Assembly (NCBI GenBank): GCA_963793425.1
Contig: CAWCAG010000001.1
Span: 213,280 to 237,279 of the forward strand
Direction of reading: 5' to 3'
From: an uncultured cyanobacterium
GTDB taxonomy: Bacteria > Cyanobacteriota > Cyanobacteriia > Cyanobacteriales > CAWCAG01
DNA length: 24,000 nt
Part shown: one piece after another, positions 7,887 through 13,990 of the stretch
Numbering within the stretch: position 1 is the first letter of the stretch
Layout of the letters: each line of letters opens with the position of its first letter
Notes under the pieces: model-generated
What the model saw: only the letters and a program-made list of their open reading frames with translations
Databases searched by the model: none
What the model was told of the DNA's origin: nothing
Made by a program: the position numbers and the translations under genes

Positions 7887-7890
7887 AAAA

Positions 7891-9588
7891 ATGTTCTTAG
7901 CTCAAATTCCTCCGCATATTCCTCCCCAGGATGTTATTCCACCTCTACAACAACCTTCTCCTGTTCCTGAACAACCAGAAACACCCCCTGCACCAGAGGA
8001 AGTGCTTCCCGATCCCACTATGCCAATTCCTCCAGAAATATTGCTGGATAGCAAGGAAACGATTACGGTTACTGAGTTTGAGTTTGTTGATAATACAATC
8101 TTCTCTTCGGAACAGTTAGCTAAGGAAATCACCGATAAGTATCTCAATCAAACTCTGTCTCTGCAACAACTCCTTAACATTGCTGCTGAAGTTGCCCAGT
8201 TTTACGCTGCGGCTGGTTATAGTACTTCTGGGGCAGTGATTTCTTTACCAGAAGTTACTCGTCAAGAGGGTAAGGGAGTGGTGAGAATTATTGTCATTGA
8301 AAGCAAGTTAGAAGCAATTAATCTGGTTCCGGTGGGGAAGCAACGCCTTAACCCTAATTACGTGCGATCGCGCCTAGAAGTGGAACCAGGAGACATTCTC
8401 AATGTCAGCAAATTACAAGAGCAACTGCAACTGCTACAACTCAATCCTTTAATTACCAGGGTTGCAGCCCAATTGAGTGAAGGTTCACAACCTGGTTTGA
8501 ATCAGTTGGAACTTCAGGTGGTAGAAGCACCTTCTTTTAATTTGCCTTTAAGTATTAATAACGGACGTTCCCCCAGTGTAGGCAGTTTCCAGCGCCAGGT
8601 TACGGCGAGGGAAGGAAACTTACTGGGGTTGGGAGATGCCCTTAGTGTTGGTTATGGCAATAGCGATGGTAGCAATGTCTGGAGTTTTGGTTATACTCTG
8701 CCGGTGAATTCTGGCAACGGTACACTGGGCTTTAACTACAGCTACACAACCAGCGATGTAATTGAACCACCTTTTGAAGCGGTTAACATTGAGTCTGAGT
8801 CTCAAAACCATGAACTGACATTCCGGCAACCTGTGGTGCAAAGCATTCGTCAACAGACCTTTCAGGAATTAGCTTTAGGGGTGACAGCTTCCTGGCGCGA
8901 TAGTCAAACCTTTTTATTTGGTTTTCCTTTTCCTCTTTCTCCGGGGGCAGATGACGATGGTAAAACTAATGTTTTTGCTTTGCGGTTGTTCCAGGAGTGG
9001 ACGCAACAGGATGCCCGTCAAGTGCTAGCTTTTCGCTCGGAGTTTAGTTTTGGTTTAGATGCTTTTAATTCTACTGTGAACGAGACTCCAGCAGGCTCAG
9101 AAGTAGTTCCTGATAGTCGTTTCTTTTCCTGGCGAGGACAGGGACAGTGGATTAGGTTGTTGGGGGAGGATACTTTGTTTCTGGTACGGGGTAACCTACA
9201 AATGGCAAACAAAACTTTACTCTCCGCAGAAGAGTTTGCTTTAGGGGGTTTTGGTAGTGTGCGGGGTTATCGGCAGAATGTACTTTCTACAGACAACGGC
9301 TTTTTTGCCTCTGCTGAACTCCAGTTACCGATTCTCAAAGTTCCAGAAGAAGGGGTTTTGCAAATTATTCCCTTCTTAGATTATGGCGTAGGCTGGAACA
9401 GTTCGGATGTTGCCAACCCAGATCCACAAACTTTGATTGGTACTGGTTTGGGTTTACAATGGCAGGATAGAGCCGGGATTTTTAGCGCTCGTTTTGATTG
9501 GGGCATTCCTTTAGTTGATGTGGATAATAGGGAGAGAACGTGGCAGGAGAATGGGCTTTATTTTTCGGTGCAATGGAGGGGTTTTTAA
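7891..9588 (+). CDS. ShlB/FhaC/HecB-family TpsB outer-membrane transporter (POTRA domains + 16-strand barrel), no obvious signal peptide
   Basis: 565-aa ORF. It has a Pro-rich linker, POTRA-like ITVTEFEFVDNTIFSSEQL...AQFYAAAGYSTSGAVISLP...VVRIIVIESKL, and barrel motifs GGFGSVRGY and FLDYGVGWN typical of TpsB/Omp85 loop 6 and the following strand. Confidence 0.85.
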   Translation: MFLAQIPPHIPPQDVIPPLQQPSPVPEQPETPPAPEEVLPDPTMPIPPEILLDSKETITVTEFEFVDNTIFSSEQLAKEITDKYLNQTLSLQQLLNIAAEVAQFYAAAGYSTSGAVISLPEVTRQEGKGVVRIIVIESKLEAINLVPVGKQRLNPNYVRSRLEVEPGDILNVSKLQEQLQLLQLNPLITRVAAQLSEGSQPGLNQLELQVVEAPSFNLPLSINNGRSPSVGSFQRQVTAREGNLLGLGDALSVGYGNSDGSNVWSFGYTLPVNSGNGTLGFNYSYTTSDVIEPPFEAVNIESESQNHELTFRQPVVQSIRQQTFQELALGVTASWRDSQTFLFGFPFPLSPGADDDGKTNVFALRLFQEWTQQDARQVLAFRSEFSFGLDAFNSTVNETPAGSEVVPDSRFFSWRGQGQWIRLLGEDTLFLVRGNLQMANKTLLSAEEFALGGFGSVRGYRQNVLSTDNGFFASAELQLPILKVPEEGVLQIIPFLDYGVGWNSSDVANPDPQTLIGTGLGLQWQDRAGIFSARFDWGIPLVDVDNRERTWQENGLYFSVQWRGF

Positions 9589-9651
9589 GTAAGAAGTAAT
9601 GTAACGATACCAACTCGAACCATGTTTGATTTCCACTAAACGCATTACCCA

Positions 9652-10623
9652 TTACCCATCACTTTCCCAGCTAGAAAAATTACGTTTTACCCAATCCATT
9701 CCCACCTCATTATTCAACTTAATTTTTTGTGGTGCATCGGCATAAATCTTGCTTAAAATGTCTGCATCTTGTTCCACAACAATCTTACTCAAACCAAGAA
9801 ATTGATTATTCAATAGCTTAGCTAAGGGATTAGTTGCTTCCCCAAACAATAATATATACGTTCTGGTTTTATTTCTTGATTCTGGAACAAAAAGATGACA
9901 TTGGACAAGTTTCCCAAGGGGGCTAGCACCATGAAAAATAACTAGGGAAGGAAAATAGTTTTCTAAATGAGCTTTAATAACATCGGGAAGTAAAAATTGG
10001 TTCGGTTGTTTAAGCTTTTGCCAGAAAGTTTTGGGTACAGTAGGAGTATTAAAAAAAGCCTCGGAATGATAGCCGTTGTTAATGAATTTCTCAAACTGAA
10101 CTTCGGTAATTTCAAATAACTCTCGATGCGTACCATTTTGATGGTTATAATCGTGCATCACTAATAGCATTGATAACAAGTCTGTTTCCACACTTGTATC
10201 TGCTGTGTAGCCAATAAATTCGTATTTTTGGGCAACTTCTTCTAAAATATTAGGAATGGGAATTTTAGGTTCGTAACTACCATAAGACCAAATAAAATCG
10301 TCTTTAATGATTAGTTCTAAAGGCTTGATTTGAGGTAAAGTTTGCTGATCTGTTCCTGGTAAAATAGTGCAGCCCCTCCCATCAAATTCTAGGGCATGAA
10401 ACGGACAAACAACCTTACTCGCACCATCTTTTTGAGCTTCGCACCATCCCGTCGATAGCATTGCCCCCATGTGAGGGCAGATATTCGGTAAGGCATTAAC
10501 CTTGTCTCTTTTATCTTTCCAAATAACATAATCTTCGCCATAAAGAGAAATCTTCTCTGGTTTATTTGTTTGTAGCATTGACTTGTGCGCCAATAGCCAA
10601 GGCGCACCTTCTAACATAGACAT
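9652..10623 (-). CDS. Rieske [2Fe-2S] non-haem-iron oxygenase, catalytic (alpha-type) subunit
   Basis: 323-aa ORF. The Rieske motif is CPHMGAML...(x)...CPFHALEF. The mononuclear-iron motif D-x2-H-x4-H is present as DYNHQNGTH. Confidence 0.8.
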   Translation of the reverse strand: MSMLEGAPWLLAHKSMLQTNKPEKISLYGEDYVIWKDKRDKVNALPNICPHMGAMLSTGWCEAQKDGASKVVCPFHALEFDGRGCTILPGTDQQTLPQIKPLELIIKDDFIWSYGSYEPKIPIPNILEEVAQKYEFIGYTADTSVETDLLSMLLVMHDYNHQNGTHRELFEITEVQFEKFINNGYHSEAFFNTPTVPKTFWQKLKQPNQFLLPDVIKAHLENYFPSLVIFHGASPLGKLVQCHLFVPESRNKTRTYILLFGEATNPLAKLLNNQFLGLSKIVVEQDADILSKIYADAPQKIKLNNEVGMDWVKRNFSSWESDG

Positions 10624-10788
10624 CTAAAGTTTCCTCAATTGAAAGTTTTGGACAAGTGAATCTCTGGCGACAAGTACAATGGGTTAGATGTCGCAAGTAG
10701 AATACTGCTGTAATTAATCCCTAGATATAAATAGATAAAAAGCTTTTGTCCTTTTTAAATATATGACTTATTGTTCGCATTTGTCAAG

Positions 10789-11688
10789 ATGAAACCCAAT
10801 CCCTATTCACTCCGTCGTCAACCCCAGCAAAAACGTAGTCAAGAGCGTGTTGAAAGGATCTTAGATGCAGCAGCAATCGTATTTGATGAAGTTGGTTTTG
10901 AAGCGGCTACTACCCATGGAATCGCAGCCCGTGCCGATACAGCAGTAGGCTCCCTGTATCAATTCTTCCCTGATAAATTAGCCATTTTCAATGCTTTAGA
11001 GTTACGCCATGTTGATCGCGTCTACATTATTTGGGAGAAACTGTTTCGTCCGGAAATCGGGCAATTACCGTTTCCTGATTTTATTCACACGGTAATAACC
11101 CAATTTCAAAAGCTATTTGAGCAACCTACTTCACGCATTATTTTTATTCAGTTTTATACTTCCCCAACACTTTTTAAAAATATTGATAATAGCTTTACTC
11201 AAGAGGCTATTCAGTTGATGGCGAAGCTACTACAAACCCGTAACCCAAATTTAACAGATGAGCGTAGTCAGCTATTAGGAGAAATATGCGTTCATGGTGT
11301 AAACACTCTGATTTTACTGGCACTGCGTAGTAATACAAACCATTCTCAAGAGATTTTCAATGAGATTGAAGCTTTACTTAAAGCATATTTGCAAGCAGAT
11401 ATTGGTGATGAGGTTATTAATGATGATTCAATTAAGCCGCTGGAGAAACTAGTAAGATTATATAAACTTAACTCTCGTCAAAGCTTAATCTTAAAATATG
11501 CTACTCAATGCCAAGAAATAACCATCAAAAACTGTGAAGCGATGTTTCCCGATGTTTCTCGGCGTACTCTGCAAAGAGATTTGAAAGGGATGCTTGAGCA
11601 AAAATTACTTCTTCCTCAAGGTAGTACTGATCAACGTTGTTATTGTCTCAACTCCAAACTTGCGACAACTTACGACGAAAGAAATTAA
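10789..11688 (+). CDS. TetR/AcrR-family regulator fused to a C-terminal DeoR-like winged-HTH domain
   Basis: The track ORF starts at TTG 10771; ATG 10789 (MKPNPYSLRRQ..) is the likelier start. The N-terminal TetR HTH is RSQERVERILDAAAIVFDEVGFEAATTHGIAARADTAVGSLYQFFPDK. The C-terminal ~60 aa, SRQSLILKYATQCQEITIKNCEAMFPDVSRRTLQRDLKGMLEQKLLLPQG, matches the (V)SxRTxxRDLxxL wHTH pattern. Confidence 0.75.
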   Translation: MKPNPYSLRRQPQQKRSQERVERILDAAAIVFDEVGFEAATTHGIAARADTAVGSLYQFFPDKLAIFNALELRHVDRVYIIWEKLFRPEIGQLPFPDFIHTVITQFQKLFEQPTSRIIFIQFYTSPTLFKNIDNSFTQEAIQLMAKLLQTRNPNLTDERSQLLGEICVHGVNTLILLALRSNTNHSQEIFNEIEALLKAYLQADIGDEVINDDSIKPLEKLVRLYKLNSRQSLILKYATQCQEITIKNCEAMFPDVSRRTLQRDLKGMLEQKLLLPQGSTDQRCYCLNSKLATTYDERN

Positions 11689-11714
11689 GCTTCAAAGCTG
11701 GGGGCATAGAAAAT

Positions 11715-11738
11715 ATATAAGCAAGCGCTTGCTTATAT
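11715..11738. promoter_or_regulatory. Perfect 24-bp palindrome ATATAAGCAAGCGCTTGCTTATAT, candidate dimeric-regulator operator
   Basis: Base-by-base check shows 12 + 12 perfect complementarity with no spacer. It lies 27 nt after the TetR-wHTH stop and 46 nt before ATG 11784. Confidence 0.45.
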
Positions 11739-11783
11739 TGCTATGATGTTGAACATAGTTTCATCAAACAAACCGTATTAGCC

Positions 11784-12236
11784 ATGCCTCAGCATTTAGA
11801 CATAAATTCCAACATTACTCTAGGGCAAGCAATCCAAGAATTGCGCCTTGTAGAAGAGAAGAAAAGCGATATTTCCCTGAAAATGTCCCATGAAATATCA
11901 CAGATATTTGAACAACACGATGCAGTACATCTATTATTTGCTTGCCGCACCACAACAGTCGAAGATGAAATTGCAGCGCATATATGGATGCTTTTTGGTA
12001 CAACTGCAAAGCTGAGTGAAATGCAACAAGTTGTTGCTAATCAAGAACATGGTAATGTTCTTTCAGGAATCGGCCACTTAAAATTGCTGAGTATTTGGTT
12101 AAGCTGTTTTCCGCGTATTCTCAGCATTTTGCTCAAATGTTCACAGATGAAAAAAAGGTTAGCCTTAAAGGAGATTGAAAAACTTAAAAAGCAACCAATT
12201 AAGGAAATTCGTCATCAACATGGCATTGTGATTTAA
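11784..12236 (+). CDS. Hypothetical protein with Coq4-like HDxxH...E metal-binding motif
   Basis: 150-aa ORF. EQHDAVHLLFACRTTTVEDEIAAHIWMLFG resembles the Coq4-family HDxxH-(x10-13)-E zinc motif and the following GEIA-like helix. Confidence 0.5.
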   Translation: MPQHLDINSNITLGQAIQELRLVEEKKSDISLKMSHEISQIFEQHDAVHLLFACRTTTVEDEIAAHIWMLFGTTAKLSEMQQVVANQEHGNVLSGIGHLKLLSIWLSCFPRILSILLKCSQMKKRLALKEIEKLKKQPIKEIRHQHGIVI

Positions 12237-12348
12237 TTATTAAGCAATAGTTTATCGGTAATAAGCACAGCAAAAGTCCATCAAAGCTATATGTATGAAA
12301 CAATTGAGTTAGCAACTAGCAATTAGAGCTTCCTTAACTATAATTCCG

Positions 12349-12924
12349 ATGCCCCGTAACAAAACCATAACTGATGAGGAAATTCTAACCGTAGCCCGTC
12401 AACTCTTTCTCGAAAAAGGTATTAACACTTCTACACGAGATATTGCGAAAGGGGCTGGTATTTCTGAAGCTGTTATTTATCAACGTTTTGGTACAAAGGA
12501 AGATTTCTTTTTCACAGCTATGAAATTACCCCAGGCTCAACTTGATGCGATATTCTCGATTAGAGTCGGAGAAGCAACAGTAATTGAAAACCTTGAGTAT
12601 ATGAGTTTGAGGATTATTGATTACTTCCGTGAGGTAATGCCAGTTTTTTTGACACTTATCAGCCATCCATCATTCAACATGGAAACTTTCTTGGAAAAAC
12701 ATAGTGTACCAGCTATGGAACTTAAGGAGAGACTATCAGATTATCTCCTTGAGGAATCAAAATTAGGGCGAGTTGGGCAGAATAATCTTGTTGTTGCTGG
12801 TGATGTTTTGCTGGCTAACTTACATAATATTGCCTTGTATGAGACGATTGGTACACCGAAAACCAAAGTTGACAGCTATGTCAAGGAGACAATCTTTTTG
12901 TTATGGCAGGGATTGTCCCCATAA
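12349..12924 (+). CDS. TetR/AcrR-family transcriptional regulator
   Basis: 191-aa ORF with N-terminal HTH ILTVARQLFLEKGINTSTRDIAKGAGISEAVIYQRFGTKEDFF. Confidence 0.8.
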   Translation: MPRNKTITDEEILTVARQLFLEKGINTSTRDIAKGAGISEAVIYQRFGTKEDFFFTAMKLPQAQLDAIFSIRVGEATVIENLEYMSLRIIDYFREVMPVFLTLISHPSFNMETFLEKHSVPAMELKERLSDYLLEESKLGRVGQNNLVVAGDVLLANLHNIALYETIGTPKTKVDSYVKETIFLLWQGLSP

Positions 12925-12930
12925 AACACT

Positions 12931-12955
12931 AAAGAGGAAACTTGCTTTAAATAAG
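12931..12955 (+). repeat. Direct repeat copy 1 (AAAGAGGAAACTTGCTTTAAATAAG), a duplicate of the hydrolase gene 5' end
   Basis: 23/25 identical to 13091-13115. Weaker similarity extends 7 nt upstream (AAAAnnnT). Confidence 0.85.
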
Positions 12956-12966
12956 AATTATTGTAG

Positions 12967-13019
12967 GGTGGGCAAAGTGAGCGAAATTAGCCTCAAATAT
13001 ATATCTGCCTTTGCCCACC
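12967..13019. repeat. 11-bp perfect inverted repeat GGTGGGCAAAG / CTTTGCCCACC with 31-nt loop (MITE-like or hairpin insert)
   Basis: Arms at 12967-12977 and 13009-13019 were checked base by base. A third partial copy, GTGGGCAAG, is at 13050-13058. Confidence 0.8.
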
Positions 13020-13085
13020 GCAATTAATTAGGCAACTCCTGGGAAAATAGTGGGCAAGGGCCACAAAACAAGCTTAATCAGCAAA

Positions 13086-13967
13086 ATGGTAAAGAGGAGA
13101 CTTGCTTTGAATAAGTTTTTACTGAGTATCAGCGCTTTTTTAGCCATCGCCTATGTAGGAATTTGTGTTAGTTTGCTGTTTTGGCAGAATCATCTTATTT
13201 TTTTTCCTGCCCAAACCATCTCTTTCACTCCTAAAAGTTTGGGGATGGTTTATGAGGATATTTGGTTAGAAGTTGGTGAAGGGGAAAGTCTTCATGGCTG
13301 GTGGCTTCCTGCTAATTCTGAAACTAAAGGAGTTTTGCTTTATCTTCATGGTAATGGTGGTAACGTCAGCGATAATTTAGAACACGCTAGGCGTTTTCAA
13401 CAAATGGGTTTTTCTGTATTCATCTTTGATTATCGCGGTTATGGTTACAGCGAAGGAGATTTCCCCACGGAAGCACAGGTTTATAAAGATGCAGGAATCG
13501 CCTGGGATTATTTAGTCAAAACCAGACAAATTGAACCCCAAAATATCTTTCTCTATGGTCATTCTTTAGGAGGGGCGATCGCCATTGATTTAGCAGTTAA
13601 ACAGCCGGAAATAGCAGGTTTGATTGTTCAAGGCTCTTTCACCTCTATGAAAGATATGTCAGTGGTTAGGAAAGAATACCGCCTCTTCCCAAATTTCTTA
13701 GTACATCAAGAATTCGACTCTATGAGTAAAATTGAGAATTTAAAAATGCCTGTATTAGTTATTCATGGCACTAGCGATGGAACTGTTCCCCATACCATGA
13801 GCGAAGAGTTGTATGAAGCACTTTTAGTTCCCAAACAACTTTACCTTGTTCCTAACGCTGGGCATAATGACCTTGCTACGGTAGCTGGGCCACAATATCA
13901 GCAGAAGATTAAAGAGTTTGTTGAATTAATTGTTAGCCCCAGAAGTGAGCAAGATTATATTTTTTAG
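13086..13967 (+). CDS. Alpha/beta-fold hydrolase (serine hydrolase, ABHD/Bem46-like) with N-terminal membrane anchor
   Basis: The track ORF opens at GTG 13050; ATG 13086 (MVKRRLALNKFLLSISAFLAIAYVGICVSLLFW) is preferred. The oxyanion region is LYLHGNGGN and the nucleophile elbow is GHSLGG. Later residues are HGTSDGTVP and GHND. Confidence 0.8.
   Translation: MVKRRLALNKFLLSISAFLAIAYVGICVSLLFWQNHLIFFPAQTISFTPKSLGMVYEDIWLEVGEGESLHGWWLPANSETKGVLLYLHGNGGNVSDNLEHARRFQQMGFSVFIFDYRGYGYSEGDFPTEAQVYKDAGIAWDYLVKTRQIEPQNIFLYGHSLGGAIAIDLAVKQPEIAGLIVQGSFTSMKDMSVVRKEYRLFPNFLVHQEFDSMSKIENLKMPVLVIHGTSDGTVPHTMSEELYEALLVPKQLYLVPNAGHNDLATVAGPQYQQKIKEFVELIVSPRSEQDYIF
13091..13115 (+). repeat. Direct repeat copy 2 (AAAGAGGAGACTTGCTTTGAATAAG), inside the hydrolase 5' coding region
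   Basis: See copy 1. Here it encodes KRRLALNK, directly after ATG 13086. Confidence 0.85.
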
Positions 13968-13990
13968 CTATTTACGCAATGTGCAACTAA

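Noticed and set aside
7840-7890. Right heptamer array translated in the tpsB frame (SSKLITYYLLLITYYLK-MFLAQ) as a cryptic signal peptide
   Set aside because: The stretch is hydrophobic, but it has no ATG, GTG or TTG between the in-frame stop (7837-7839) and ATG 7891; only ATT codons occur. It also has no positively charged n-region after a start. This is too speculative.
7902-9212. ORFs 7902..8147 (-), 7931..8119 (+), 8620..8853 (-), 9018..9212 (-)
   Set aside because: They are entirely nested in the well-supported tpsB CDS in other frames or on the other strand, with no motifs.
10389-12009. ORFs 10389..10607 (-) and 11815..12009 (-)
   Set aside because: The first is an alternative frame inside the Rieske gene. 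The second is antisense to the Coq4-like ORF. Neither has independent support.
12773-13027. Track ORF 12773..13027 (+)
   Set aside because: It overlaps the 3' end of the TetR gene out of frame and runs through the duplicated/hairpin insert. Its apparent KRKLALNK similarity to the hydrolase N-terminus is explained by the DNA duplication.
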